Shown: positions 1 to 17,064 of the stretch, one piece after another
Layout: each line of letters starts with the position of its first letter
How positions within the stretch are numbered: the stretch's first letter is position 1
From: the human T2T-CHM13v2.0 reference genome, Homo sapiens
Direction: 5' to 3' (one strand)
DNA: 64,000 nt
Assembly (NCBI RefSeq): GCF_009914755.1
Contig: NC_060926.1
The notes under the pieces: model-generated
Told to the model about the DNA's origin: nothing
The model's database searches: none
The model's input: only the letters and a program-made list of their open reading frames with translations
Program-made: the position numbers and the translations under genes

Positions 1-99
1 TCAGGATAATATATTGTGTTTAGTCACTATGTAAACATTTATTTTTAATAGACCATTGGCCTGAAAATCTTAAGTGTTGAATTTTTGTTCTTTTAACAG

Positions 100-281
100 C
101 TAAACCAGGTGGACAGGTGAAATGTCAGTATATCTCTGCTGTGGATAAAGTTATATTTGTGGATGATTATGCAGTAGGGTGTAGGAAGGACCTTAATGGA
201 ATCTTGTTGTTAGACACTGCTCTGCAAACTCCAGTTTCAAAGCAGGATGATGTGGTTCAGCTTGAATTACCCGTTACAGAG
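100..281 (+). CDS. BIRC6: BIRC6 exon 2 (182 nt, phase 1 to 0)
   Basis: ttttaacag|CT AAA CCA ... ACA GAG|gtaagt; encodes KPGGQVKCQYISAVDKVIFVDDYAVGCRKDLNGILLLDTALQTPVSKQDDVVQLELPVTE. Confidence 0.95.
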
Positions 282-504
282 GTAAGTTGAAATAAGTATC
301 AATGTGGTCCTCTACTTAATGTAATCTTAGACATATTAGATGTTAAATGAAATTAAGTCATCCTTTAAGGACGTTATTATATATATTGCTATAAAAACAA
401 TTTACTTATTGACCACAACTTCATTTAAATATTAATACTCACCTTTTCTCTGCATAATTAATTCTTGTTGAAGTGGTGTTTTTAGGTGTGAATGGTGCAT
501 CAGC

Positions 505-905
505 ACAGGTTAAACAGCTGTAACCGAGACCCAAAAAAACAATGGCTTAAACAGGATAGCTTGTTTCCAATAATAGTCCAGGGCTAAGTGTATGGCCATC
601 ATTGCCAACCTCAACACTTGGGTTAGCTTGGGAGTTTAAGACAGCTGCTCTAGGTGTCATTATTTCCCAGTCACAGGGAAAGAGAGGGCAAGAGGCTAGA
701 GGAGAGCACTCTGGCATCTCTCTCTTCTCTCCTTCCCTTTCCCTGTCCCTTAACCCCCAGCCCCCTCTCCTACTCATTTGTTCTTGTTCTCTTTCTGCCT
801 TTCACAACTCAAATACTCTCTCATATAGCCTCATATTTACCCCATTAGACAGAATTTAGTCACATGACCACACCAAGCTGAGAGGGAGACTGGGAAAGAG
901 GTGGT
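505..905. mobile_element. Old ERVL/MaLR-class solo LTR remnant (LTR33/MLT1-like)
   Basis: Blocks aatggcttaaaca and cagaatttagtcacatgaccacaccaagctg...ctgggaaa resemble this LTR class; family assignment tentative. Confidence 0.5.
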
Positions 906-969
906 TCTTTCTTTCTTTTTTTTAATATTTTAAAATGAGAGAGGAATAGACTCTGGTAAAACAGCAGTA

Positions 970-1278
<309 letters not shown>

Positions 1279-2664
1279 TAATTTTTGCTATGCATCATGT
1301 CTTTCAATAACTTGAGTTTTAAGTTTTAGCCATATATACTTTTCTGTAGTGTTAAATTTTCTTTACTTAATTTTTAAGTCTAGCCCAACTTAAATTCTTT
1401 TGTGTGGCTTCATATCCTGCAGTTTGAAAGTACATTTTTCATAATTACTGGATTTTGCATCACCTTAAATAGAATGTAAAAGATTATGTTGTGTTCTATA
1501 ATAAAGTGAGATATTATTTGTGTTCATGCTAACTTGTTATGAAAGTTATCAAAAAAGTATGTCCAATAAAGTATATTCACTTAGATTTTACATTTAGTGT
1601 CATATAACAGTAGTCTATTATATGTTAATATTGAAAGCATGTTGCTGAAAGTTTGAGTTCCAAAAACAGAGAAGCTGTCTTTTTCTCATCAGAGTATTTG
1701 GGTCTGGAGGCATGTCTAAAATCTTTGGATAGAGAATTAATTAGTTCTACTTGATTTGAACAAGTAGAAACTTTGAAAAACCATTTGAAAAAATTGAACA
1801 TTTTTCCCTAATTTAAGGAATATAAACCAGCTGATATCAGGATATATAATCAGCAGCAAAAAAACACTATCAAACTATGTTTAGGTTTAACAAACAATTA
1901 AAGAATTACAATAAAATACTTGAACACTTATTAACTCTCAAGTCAGTGTTTTTCCTACTACAGTGAAATGCTGTTTAGCTTCTATCCCTTCCTCCACCTA
2001 GTTTACTGTTAAATCTACTGTTTTTTTTCTCTTTGTACTTTAATCACAGCTGTAACTGTTGTTCAGATAATATTGTTTGTAGATCTTCCAGCATTCCAGG
2101 CTTCCTTTACTGCATCAGATTAGTTTGTCACTGTCTTCCCTAAAGTCTTAGGTTTGATTTGCTCAGTGTAGATATATTCTTTTCCTTATATTAGCATATA
2201 TCTTTATTACAGTAGTTCATATTGAATATGTGGATAACAATGCAAAGGGCTTTTTCATATTACTTGCTGACTTAGTGTCCTCTATTATGACTTTATATAG
2301 CTTGAGTATTTAAAGCTCATTGGAGGACTTTAAGTTTGTCTCTTCAGATTTTTTCCTGTATTATTTTTGCTTATGGTTTCAGCTTGTCCATTTTTCTATC
2401 TTGATTTGGTTTACAATAACTACTTTGTGTTTAAACTTTACCATGTAGTATTTCTACACTGAATACATTGCTTTATCTCATTTAATTTTATAATAGCCCT
2501 TTAAATTATTGTTTAATTAAGTAGATTTGTTAAAAGGTAAGTTTAGTATAGTACCTGTCATAATCATTGCATATTAAAATATCTGAAAGAGGATCTGAAT
2601 TTAATTTTTTGTTGTTCTTGTGTTGAATTTTCTGTGATTTTTTTATTTTTTATTTTTTATTTAG

Positions 2665-2802
2665 GCACAGCAGCTCTTATCAGCATGTTTAGAAAAGGTA
2701 GATATTTCTAGTACAGAGGGTTATGATTTGTTCATCACACAGCTCAAAGATGGTTTAAAAAATACATCTCATGAGACTGCAGCAAACCACAAAGTTGCTA
2801 AG
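2665..2802 (+). CDS. BIRC6: BIRC6 exon 3 (138 nt, phase 0 to 0)
   Basis: tatttag|GCA CAG ... GCT AAG|gtaaga; encodes AQQLLSACLEKVDISSTEGYDLFITQLKDGLKNTSHETAANHKVAK. Confidence 0.95.
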
Positions 2803-2958
2803 GTAAGAAGTTAATAGATTGCCTCTTTTGGGGTTATATTACAATGGACACCTCCATTCTTTTGCACTTTCCTTTCCTCTCCTTTTGGAAATGTTCTAAT
2901 TCTAGATTTTTCTTTTAAAAAGCAGAATGTGCTTATAAGTCATCTTAAAGTTGAAACT

Positions 2959-3254
2959 GGCTGGGCACGGTGGCTCACACCTGTAATCCCAGCTGAGGGA
3001 GGCTGAGGCGGGCAGATCACCTGAGGTCAGGAGTTTGAGACCAGCCTGGCCAACATGGCGAAACCCCATCTCTATTAAAAATACTAAAATTAGCCAGGCG
3101 TGGTGGCAGGCGCCTGTAATCCCAGCTACTTGGAGGCTGAGGCATGAGAATCACTTGAACCCAGGAGGCGGAGTTAGCTGAGATTGCAGAGATTGCGCCA
3201 CTGCACTACAGCCTGGGGGAAAGAGTGAGACTCTGTTGCCCAAAAAAAAAGAAA
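2959..3254 (+). mobile_element. AluS
   Basis: GGCTGGGCACGGTGG...A-tail; TSD AAAGTTGAAACT at 2947-2958 and 3255-3266. Confidence 0.95.
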
Positions 3255-3744
3255 AAAGTTGAAACTTTGAAACTTCTTAATCGAAGCTTAACTTCAGTTT
3301 GTGGGAACTATTTTGCTTATTGTGTTTTCTGATGCTTCCTTAAATCTTTCTTAGTGCCTGATGGACCTGGATTGGTCAAGAGGCTGATGAAAGAAGCTTC
3401 CTTGTTAGGTTGTGAGCTTGGATGCTTGGATAAGAATGGACTATGTCTTTGGAAATTGAGCCATTTTGTGCTTTCTCTGAAATTTTTTGGCATACTGGGA
3501 TGTATATGAGAGACAGTGCTTTCAATTAAATCCTTGGGTATATTTTTATTAATTTCCTCCAGATTTTTCTTTTAAGGCCTTTTCTAAGTTATACTGCATA
3601 TCAAACTTCCCTGTTATTGAAGGATATAAGGTAGAAGGTAAAAGCCATTTTCCTATAAGTAACTTGGGCATTTGCAAAGATTTTTCTCAAGTGCAGTTGT
3701 AACTATACTAAAATATACTAATATTGTGTTATGATATACCTTGC

Positions 3745-4355
<611 letters not shown>

Positions 4356-4504
4356 ACCTTGCTTTTTTTCACTCAAGAATTTGTCTTGGATATCTTCTCA
4401 TATCCTCAGAGATCATCTATGTTCTTCTTAGTAGTTGCATTGAATTTTTTTTTGTAGATTTGTCATGATTGTATTATACCTTACTCTATTGATGGGGCAT
4501 TTTA

Positions 4505-5150
4505 TTTAGGAAAACAGAAACTGTCCTATGAGTTTCAACAGAGATAATTTATTGTAAGAAATTAACTGGTGTTTGAAAACTGAAAAAGTGAAAAGGAGAT
4601 CCTGAGATAACAGAGATAACTATAGGAAGCAGTTTTCACCTAGGTCTGGAGGAACAAAGAGTAGAGATTAGGGGTTATCAGAACCTAGAAACTTAGAGAA
4701 TAGGCCCCGTGGATCTGGGACTAGGAAGTGCTACCCAGTTGGTAACTCAGGAGCTTGGACGAGGGCGTTGCAAAACTGGGACTCAGATCTCTGAAGAGAG
4801 ATGCTACTTGACTGATGGTAGTACCTCTGAGGGAACTCTATGAAACTGGATCTCGGAATGCTAAAACAACCAAACCAAAACAAAATGCTGAAGACTGGAA
4901 GAATCAACTACTGCATCATGTCCTTTGCTGAAACAGTGCTGATGGCAATGGCCAGTAAATAAGAAGGAGCAAGTCTTTCTTCATCTTTCTTTCCAGTTTC
5001 CTTCCTGTGCTGTTGCTGGGAGAACCTAAAAGCCAGGAAACTGGTTGAAAAGAGGAAATACAGTATGCAGAGTCCTAGCCCCAACCTGATAGAGCAGAGA
5101 ATTAAAGGGTAGATTTGGAGCTCAGAGACAACAGTTTAATTAACTGCACA
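4505..5150 (-). mobile_element. 3' LTR of an ERV-L provirus (LTR41-like, tentative)
   Basis: On the minus strand it starts TGTGCAG at 5150, directly after the purine tract AAAGGGGTAGAC (5151-5162); the left boundary is approximate. Confidence 0.65.
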
Positions 5151-5237
5151 GTCTACCCCTTTGGCTACTCAGCATCTCCATTCACACTTTATATATTTGA
5201 ACTTTCATATAACAAAACTATTATGCTTTTTAAAAAA

Positions 5238-6362
<1,125 letters not shown>

Positions 6363-8956
6363 TAATTGTTACTTCATCTTTACTATTGGACTTGGAAGTA
6401 CTAAGGGGCATCCTAGAGAATCTCTTGGGTTCTGCATAAGTTCTCCTTGCCCCTGTTACTTAGCATCAATCCAGGTTTCCGCTTGTCAGTTCCAGTCATA
6501 CAAACTAGTAGAACTTCTTTGACTATTTATTCAGTGGCAAGAGGACCTCAAAGTTGCTGGGTAGCAATCTCAACACCCACTTCAATGGAAGTGTTGTTGT
6601 ACCCCTGCTGGAACATTCCTCCCTTGGGAGTAAGACCTGTAGAGCTGAAAGCTTTAAAAAAAATCTGTGAATGAGTTTATTAAATATAATAGTGGGCATG
6701 CCCAGAGAAACTGTATCATACATTTTTGGTTGATTCAAAGCATATGCTTCATCTTGTAAGGTAGAACTCCATAACCTTTCAGCATGTCTCTTTCGGTTAG
6801 CGTTGAAAATGAGTCTTTAGTAGGCCATTGAGCTTTTCTGCCAGGCCAGCTTCATCAGGATGATACACAGTAAGACCAGTGGAAAAAAGATTTTTTTTTT
6901 TTTTTGCTTTGAAATACTTTTCTTGATCAGAAGCAAAGTTTTCTACAATACCATGACATTCTGTCAGTCCACAGGCAATGGACTATATAATATTACGGCA
7001 GAAAACTATGGACAGAACAGGTAAATGCATACCTAGAATATATATTTGTTATGTTGAAGACAAATTGCTGCCTAGTCCATGACTAGGAATCCCGTATAAT
7101 CAACCTACTGTCAGATAGCTGGCTGTTCCCCCTGGGAAATGACGTGATATTTGCCACCCAACTTTGGTAACTGTTTGGCAGATTAGGCAATCAGCAACAG
7201 CTGTAGCCTGGTTAGTATTGGTACAGGGAAGTTTACATTTTTGGGCCTGTGCATAGCCTCCATATCTGTTGCCATGGTATTTTGCACACAAGTCCATTGA
7301 GCAAGCACTGGAGTGCCCGTGGAGAGAGGCTTACTGTCATGTATATAATGTGTATAACTTCTCCCATTTCTTCTGAAATGGATGCCTTTTGGTCTGCATT
7401 GACATATTTCATACGTATTTTTACCCTCTGAGAGTTCTATTCATAGACCTTTGTTTTTGACCTCCTTGCTGCTAGTCTTCTAGTTCTGTTTCTTCCAAGT
7501 GCCTGACCATCTAGCTAACAAATTAGCAACTCTGTTAACTAGTGAGGATCTTTACTTCTAGCCAACTCTAAATCCATACAAGAACAGTCATACATACTGA
7601 CTGAAGTTCTATCTATTGAGAAGATTTACCTTCACCACTCTCCTTGTGATTGGGGCTATGATTCTGTAGCCATCCACTTCGGGGTAGTACCAGCATATCA
7701 TGCAGAACCATCTGTAAATCAGGGCCAAGAGTATTTTCCCCTCATATTATTTCATCATAAGGAGTTCCCCATGAAGCTATTGATGTAGAACAAGGAGGAG
7801 ACATTATAGTGGGAGTAGGTATTGAATTCTGAGCCACTTGTTTATTCAGTTTTTGCCTTTTGGACTTTGTGAAGACAGATCTTTTATAAAACACTTGATG
7901 AAGGATACTTGTTGCTGGTGCTCAATATTATGGTTGGTGTGTCAGATAACATTTGGACAGCTCTGAATTTGTAGACATTAGTTTCGTAGATAGATATTAA
8001 TCTCTATCTGGGACTAGTAAGGAACTAGGAGCTGTTTTTCAAAAGGAGAATGGTTATTTGCATGAGAGGGTGTGGCTTTGCTCCAAGACCCTAGCATTCT
8101 GCTGTGTGATTGTCCCAATTAGGTTGCCACAGGCTCCTTACAGCATCATTATTTGCTGTGGACTTCTAGTGTCAGTGTCATTGAAAGTGCTCTTAAGGTA
8201 AAAGTGGCAGAGCATCTTGCAGTACAGTCTGGTCTTGTTGCAGAGTTTCTTGTTTTGCACCTTACTCAAAATTGGCAACCTTATATGTTTCTTGATACTT
8301 GGATTAGAGCACACATTCAAGTATGCTAAATATTGGCTCCCAAATCCAAGTAGGCCCACTAAGTACTGTGGCTTTTGTTTCTGTGGTTGGTGTTAACAAG
8401 TTGGAGCAACTTGTCTTTCAGTCTGGAGGGAATATCCTGACATGACCAGACCTCTGGACCTCTGAAACTTAACCATGGTTGCAGAATCTTGAGTTTTTCT
8501 GGGGACTCTTATTCTCTGGTTTGCACCTTACTCAGGCATTTAATTTCCTTGCTGTTTCCTTTTCATCTGGACCAATCAGCGTGCTGTCATGATGTAGTGG
8601 ACCATTATGTTGATCTGCAGGATGTTAGGATGATCAGGATTTCTAGAATGTGAGATGTGGTCTTAGGGAAAGATTGCAAAGATTTATTATTGTTCCTGCC
8701 AGGTAAAAGTGGACTTTTTGTATAGTCCTTAAAAGTAAAGATAGAAAAATATTGGATAGAACTGTAACTACCTACCAGATATCAGGGGATTTGTTGATTT
8801 GCTTTAATAAAGATACCTCATTTGGAAAAGCAGCTGCAATGGAAGTCGCCACCTGATAGTTTACCATCCACAGTCATTCTTCAAGATTCATTTACAACAG
8901 TCCAGTAAAGGGGACGAGGTCATTTGATTACCTCTGTATCTTTTAAGTCTCTCTCT

Positions 8957-9253
8957 TTTTTTTTTTTTTTTTCCAATACAGGGTCTTGCTCTGTCACTCA
9001 GGCTGGAGTACAGTGGTGTGATTTTGGCTTACTGTAGCCTTGCCGTCCTGGGCTCAAGTGATTTTCCCACCTCAAGGCTTCTGAGTAGCTGGGATGACAA
9101 GTGCATGCCATCACGCCTGGCTGTTATTTTTTAGTAGAGATGAGATCTTGCTATGTTGACCAGGATGGTCTCAGACGTTTAGGCTCAAACGAACCTCCAT
9201 CCTCAGTCTCACAAAGTGCTAGGATTATAGGTATGAAGGCACTGTGCCCAACC
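8957..9253 (-). mobile_element. AluJ inside ERV-L pol
   Basis: Diverged reverse Alu with a T-tail and J-type positions (ctgggctcaag). Confidence 0.88.
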
Positions 9254-10414
9254 TCAAATCTTTTACAGTGGCATTAATCTAAAAAATTTCTTCAGGAATG
9301 TAGCATTGCTTTAGTTTAATATCTTTGTAGAGAAGGAAAGTTCTAGGGGCTTATACTTCATGTTTTCTATATTACTGGCCCACAGAGAAGAGCAGAGAGC
9401 TAATCTGGGGATTGTTTTCAGTTGCCTGTTTTATATTATGCATTCAGGAACTGGGGAAGTAACTATTACACAATAAGGATTTACAGACCCATAGAACTCT
9501 CTGAGACAGCTTTGGGCTGAAACTTTATTAATCGCTTGACCATCCTACGTGCCCTCTTTCTTGGACCACAGTGATGTTTTAGGTCAGTTCAGTGCCATGT
9601 TTTTGTAATGCCTGAAAGATCTTTTCCCCCATGCACAGTCACTGTAGTGAATGCCCATAGGTCTTTCTGAGGGAAGGTTTGGAGTATGATTTACAGTACC
9701 AACTATAGTTGGGGTATCATAGGATCCTTTCTCAAGGGGAGTCATCCTCCCTTTCAATAAAAAGCTCTGATCTGTGAACAGATTAATTAGGTCTAGAAGT
9801 TTTCATTCTCCCTCTTTTTTTTTTTTTTTTTTTTAGCAATTCAAGTCATGTTTTTGTCTACAAGTTTTTCCAGTATTGTATAGATAAATAATAATTTACT
9901 AGGCTGCCTTGAGTATACTAGACAAGAGTAGAAACCATTCATGGGTGAACTGGGGACAGGATATAAAGATGCAATTACATTATAGACTTATTTCTCTGGG
10001 AGAATAGTACTTAGCATTTTTGTGGTCTAACTTCAGTAATTGTTGTAATATTAAATAATCATGGCTAACATTTATCGAATATTGCTGATGGCGAAGCTGG
10101 GCCCAGAATCCAGATGTGTGACTATAAGGCCTGTGTTTTTAGTTGCTATTGCTGGATTATGGTGACAACAGCAACAAAAACAATGCATCTGCTAAGCTGA
10201 ACTAAATCCTCATATACCCCAGTAATGGTAATTGTCTAAATATATTCTTATGGATGGAGGTATTTGAGTGCCTACTCTGTGCTTAACATTGTACTGGATG
10301 AATAGGAAAAATGACAGATGATTTTAGTTGTCCTTAATTTTTGGTGATATATATAAGAACATGTGTTACTGTCTGGTTCTGAATTGTCTTTTCCAGAATA
10401 GTTAGTTGAGGTTT

Positions 10415-11095
<681 letters not shown>

Positions 11096-11263
11096 ATATT
11101 TTATTTTTTTTTATAACTGCAAGTTTCTGTTTTAAATGATAAACTAATGAAGAAAACTGACTTGAAACTGATGAGTGTTCTTTATTTGATAATGGTTAAG
11201 TTATGATTTTGGTTAAAACTGTTGAGTACATTTTCCTTTGCTTATACTCCCATTTTCTTTCAG

Positions 11264-11457
11264 TGGGCCACAGTTACATTTCATCTTCCTCATCATGTGT
11301 TGAAGTCCATTGCCAGTGCCATTGTAAATGAACTCAAGAAAATAAATCAAAATGTTGCTGCCTTACCTGTGGCGTCCTCAGTGATGGACAGATTGTCTTA
11401 CCTCTTACCTAGTGCACGTCCAGAACTCGGAGTGGGGCCAGGCCGTTCTGTAGACAG
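11264..11457 (+). CDS. BIRC6: BIRC6 exon 4 (194 nt, phase 0 to 2)
   Basis: ttttctttcag|TGG GCC ... GAC AG|gtatga; core of ORF 11222..11473 (WATVTFHLPHHVLKSIASAIV...GPGRSVDR). Confidence 0.95.
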
Positions 11458-12210
11458 GTATGAACCTTGCTAACAAAGGTGACAGTGAGATAGAATTGAT
11501 TAGTTTTTGCATTAAACAAGGAATAACTAGAAAATCTGGTTATGATTTTTAAAAATTTCACAATTTCTAGCCTAATTTTGAAATTAAAAAAAAATCAATA
11601 TGAATTAGAATCTGAAAACCAGATTTAAAGTAAACTGCTACTTGAATTGCTATTTTTAAACACTATATTTTAGTACACTAAAGGTATTTGAAGGGATTAT
11701 AAAGCCACATTTTGGAAATTCCAGTTTAGTACTTGCTTAGTAAATATTTTAGTCAAATTAAAATTACTATAATTATTTAATGATTAATAACTATTTTTCC
11801 ATTGATGACATTTTGTGACCTTTGAGATAAATTTTGCCTAACTTACCATGCCCTAATGTGAGTATAAGGAAAGTGCTATCATTTTATAATGAAAAAAAAA
11901 AAAAGACCAGTTTAAAAAATAATAGGAATAATTTTGAGTTAACAATTTTTTATGCTGCTCGCCCTGGATTTAAACAGTATTACAAAAATCATACCTAAAC
12001 CATCATTTTCTTTGGTAGAGGTTTTTTTGAATGCCTATTTTGTTTAATTAATTAAAAAACCAGTGACACATTCATTTAAATACTTAAATGATTTGCTATT
12101 TGAAATGACGATTGAGGTTCTTACAAAAAGTACCAAGGTTTAGAAATGCTGTACTGAAATATAATACGCAGCAATTTTGATTAGATTTTTGTTTGCCTTT
12201 TCATGTAGTA

Positions 12211-13128
<918 letters not shown>

Positions 13129-14552
13129 TGTAGTATTTATATTTTTACATTTTCATTGGATGTGACTTGTAATTTCCTAAGCATCTTTCTGAAGTACATT
13201 TATAAATAGTATGTGCAGATGTTATCAAAGGCACTACTGAATAAATTCATTTTAAACTTCTATTATTTTTAGTATGGCTCTTCTAGTTCAGTAGCAATAT
13301 TTATTAATTTATCTTTTGGTAAACTGATTTCTGCGTAATCACTTACCCTCTTTTTGTTAGTTAAGTGATTTTGTTGTTACATATATAACTTTTATTAGTC
13401 GTATTAACAATTGGGCAGAATTTTTATATTCTGTAGTAGTAATCTCTTGGGCAACATGCAGACTATCATTTTTAATCAGATTATCTGGTGATATGTGCTA
13501 TGGCTGTCATTAAAATATTCTTTGGGATATGCCTGAGATGGGAAAAAAGAAAAATACGTAATTAGAACAAGTGCTTCTTGTCTGAGATCTATGCCTATTT
13601 TGAGATTATAAAAGAGTCAGCTCTGCAGAGCTATTTTCTTTGCAAACAGTTGCAGTGTTTCTAAAGAAATCAGTGCAAGCTGTGGTAAATGTTATATTTT
13701 AGGAAATGCAGCCATTAGATGGGATATTCAGTATTTTTAGAGGTGTTAAAAATGTCCTAAAATATTAATTTTGATACAGACTGTGGTGTTTTTTTCATTA
13801 AAAATCAATCTAGGAGCCTCTGAAGGCTTTGATGAACTTAGGTCTGTGGAAGGTTTGAGTTAGGGTCTATTGGATGCTACTGCTGTTTTATTGGGTAATA
13901 TAACGAAATGAGATAGGTCTTCTGTTCTAAGACTGATCCTAAAGACACATATAATGTGAAACTGAGAATGCATTTCTAACCAAACAGCTATTTGTTTAAA
14001 AACCTGAATACAACTACGAGTAAACCTAAAGTTACTAGCAATTTTATAGAAAATCATGTGCTAATTTAAGGGAAGAATTTAGAAGAGTATTTTCCTGTTT
14101 TCTTTGTCATGACCTTTACCACTTTTTCTTTCTGTTATCAGTTGTAATTTTATGTTAGGATGAATAAGCTTTGCTTATCAATCCTTTCTTACTAAAAATC
14201 TTTTGGACTTCTCAAAAAGTTTACTATCGTCCTTTAAAAAATTACTCTGGTACTTTCTGTTATAGTTTGACTCTTAGTGAGCTGATATATTTTAATATGA
14301 AAACATATGTAATCTACCCCTGGAGTTGTTTATCAACTGCAGCCACCAATCAGGTTTTCTCCTTCCCTTTCTGTTTAAGGGAAATTCCCAAAAATTACCG
14401 TTTTTAGTTTAAAGTAAAAAATTGAACTTGTTCATCAGACCATTTGCAGTTTTTGCTGATAACCCAGTAAAATTATTTTTTGCATTGTTAAATAGAAGTT
14501 TCACTGTGATTTGATGCCTAACTTCAATTACATAAAGTATGTTTACTTTTAG

Positions 14553-14664
14553 ATCACTGATGTATAGTGAAGCTAACAGACGGGAGACATTTACCTCATG
14601 GCCTCATGTAGGCTATAGGTGGGCACAACCAGATCCCATGGCTCAAGCTGGATTTTATCATCAG
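14553..14664 (+). CDS. BIRC6: BIRC6 exon 5 (112 nt, phase 2 to 0), N-terminal part of the BIR domain
   Basis: acttttag|A TCA CTG ATG ... CAT CAG|gtaaaa; [37 protein letters not shown] has the BIR RxxTF..WP and AxAGFY motifs. Confidence 0.96.
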
Positions 14665-14797
14665 GTAAAAAAAGAATATAAAAAAATACTTTTCTCAGTA
14701 GGCCTTTGTAGCCCTCAGCAAAATTATCACATTTTTTTAACTTTTTCAGAAACTTATTTTGTGCACCTTGTATGCTTGCTTGTATGCATGGATGCTT

Positions 14798-16334
14798 GTT
14801 TTTTTGGCCCAGGCTGGAGTGCAGCGCCACAATGTTGGCTCAACTGCAACCTCCGCCTCTCAGGTTCAAGTGATTCCTGTGCCTCAGCCTCCTTGAGTAG
14901 CTGGGAATACAGGTGTGCACCATCACACCTGGCTAATTTTTGTATTTTTAGTAGAGATGGGGTTTCACCATGTTGCCAAGGCTGGTCTCAAACTCCTGAC
15001 CTCAGGTGATCTGCCTGCCTCGGCCTCCCAAAGTGCTGGGATTACAGGCATGCCAGGCCAGGAAAAAAATTGTTTAAGCAATTAACAACTGAGTATTTTC
15101 TTTAAGATTAGATACAACTTTTTTAAAAAACAATTATTTTTATTTTTTGTCTTTGAGACAGGGTCTCACTCTGTTGCCCACGCTGGAGTACAGTGGCCCT
15201 ATCACCACTCACTTCAGTCTCAACCTTCCCAGGCACAGGTGATCCGCCCACCTCAGCCTCCCTGAGTAGCTGAGACTACAGGTGTGTGCCACTGGGCCTG
15301 GCTAACTTTTGCACCAACCTAATTTTTTTTTTTTTTGGTAGACACAGGGTTTCTGGTGTTGCCCAGACTGGTCTCGAACTCCTGCTCAAGTGATCTACGC
15401 ACCTCATCCTCCCCAAAGTGTTGGGATTATAAGTGTGAGACACTGTGCTAGGCCATAATTTTTTTTATAAAATCAACAAATAGTATTCTTCAGATTTGGT
15501 TTCTGACAAGTATTCTCTTTTGATGCATGTTTATTTCCAGTGTTTGACATCTGCATTCATAACACAGTAGTAGATGCTTAGGGTAATGCAATAAAAGCAG
15601 TTTTACAGTTTCGAAATTCTCATTTTAGTTGGGATACAAATTACCCATATACTAGATAACTACAGAAGCAGCATTACAGGTAGTGCATTGCAACTTGAAT
15701 ATCTGTGCATTAAAGAACTGATTAAGTTGCATAGGTAGAGGAAGAATTAGTCAAGAAAAACAGTCATAGTTTTGTGTAGGAAAAGAGGAGAGTATAAAGT
15801 GTAAGGATTAACACGATACAGAGGCATAAGAATGGGACATTATAAAAAGCTTTGCTGAATTAGAGGGAAGTTAAGAAAAATGATTTTAGCTAGATGTAAT
15901 ATGTTATTTAATAGGAAACTTAAACTGAGTGGTATAGACTGGCTTACCACTGTTACCACTGCTAAAAGAATCTAAGAAATCTAATACTTATATGTCAGTT
16001 TAAATAAAGCATGGTTATTTAACTTTATTTATTTATTTATTTGGGACAGGGTCTTGCTCTGTCAACCCAAGTTGGAGTGCAGTGGCATGATCACAGCTCA
16101 CTGTGCCACAGCTCACTGCAGCCTCAGCTTCCAAACAATTCTCCCACCTTAGCCCCTCAAGTAGCTGGGATTACAGGCATGTGCCACCATTCCCAGCTAA
16201 TTCTGTTTATTTTTTGTAGAGATGAGATTTCACTGTGTTGCCCAGGCTGGTTTCAAACTTCTGGGCTCAGGCAGTTTGCCTGCCTTAACCTTCTAAAGTA
16301 TTGTGATTACAGGTGTAAGCCACTGCGCCTGGCC
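14798..16334 (-). mobile_element. Three antisense Alus (AluS 14798-15060, AluJ 15135-15454, AluJ 16024-16334)
   Basis: Reverse Alu consensus; the third has an internal duplication of CACAGCTCACTG. Confidence 0.88.
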
Positions 16335-16460
16335 TAATTTAAGAATTCAAGTACATTTTGAAGTACGTTAAAGTAACTGTCATTTAGAATCTGAAGATTG
16401 ATTATTCCTTCGTTATCTTCAAGTATTCTGAACATCTTTACTAAAATTAAACCAGAAAAC

Positions 16461-16483
16461 TATATATATATATATATATATAT
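16461..16483. repeat. (TA)n microsatellite
   Basis: tatatatatatatatatatatat. Confidence 0.9.
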
Positions 16484-17064
16484 GAATATTTTATTCAAAG
16501 TTTGTCAGATTTCCTGTTACAGATAGGTAAGTTTGGAGACTGGCTAATATTAGAATCAGTGAAATAATTTCTCTAAATTAAGGATTGAACATGGACCATT
16601 TTTCTAGCAACTTGTCTTTCTTTTAATTTGGTGTAATTTTCTAAGAGTCTCTGTTAAGTGATGCCTTGATTTTTTTTTTTTCTTTCTGTTGAGTTATTGT
16701 TCATTATATTCTGTCTTTGCAGAGAGGTCAAATAATAGGTTTCCTAGAATACTCTGATTCTAGGAAATGTTAGGGGCTGATTATTTTAATCTTCTAAAAT
16801 GTATAGTAAATTTGCATCTATAACGTAAATGTTCACAAATATTAATATTAGTTTTCAGGTATATTTCAGTTCAGGTTTTGAAAATATATACATATATATA
16901 TAAATTGTGCCTGGCCCTTGAATTGAAATATATATAGCATTTTGTCCTATGTTGTATGAATTAGATTCCATATTATGTGAATTAGATTGACTACTTTGCT
17001 TTCCCTTTTTACTTGCCCTTCTTGTTCAGTTGTATGTGATTGAGTATTTAATAATAAACCCATT

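Noticed and set aside
6523-8359. ERV-L ORFs as functional retroviral genes
   Set aside because: They are short, frameshifted and stop-ridden, and the RT YIDD motif is disrupted.
13619-13632. Perfect 14-bp palindrome AGCTCTGCAGAGCT
   Set aside because: Several palindromes with 7-bp arms are expected by chance in 64 kb.
14539-15009. 156-aa ORF joining the BIR N-terminus to an Alu peptide
   Set aside because: It is exon 5 read through its GT donor into intron and Alu; no independent support.
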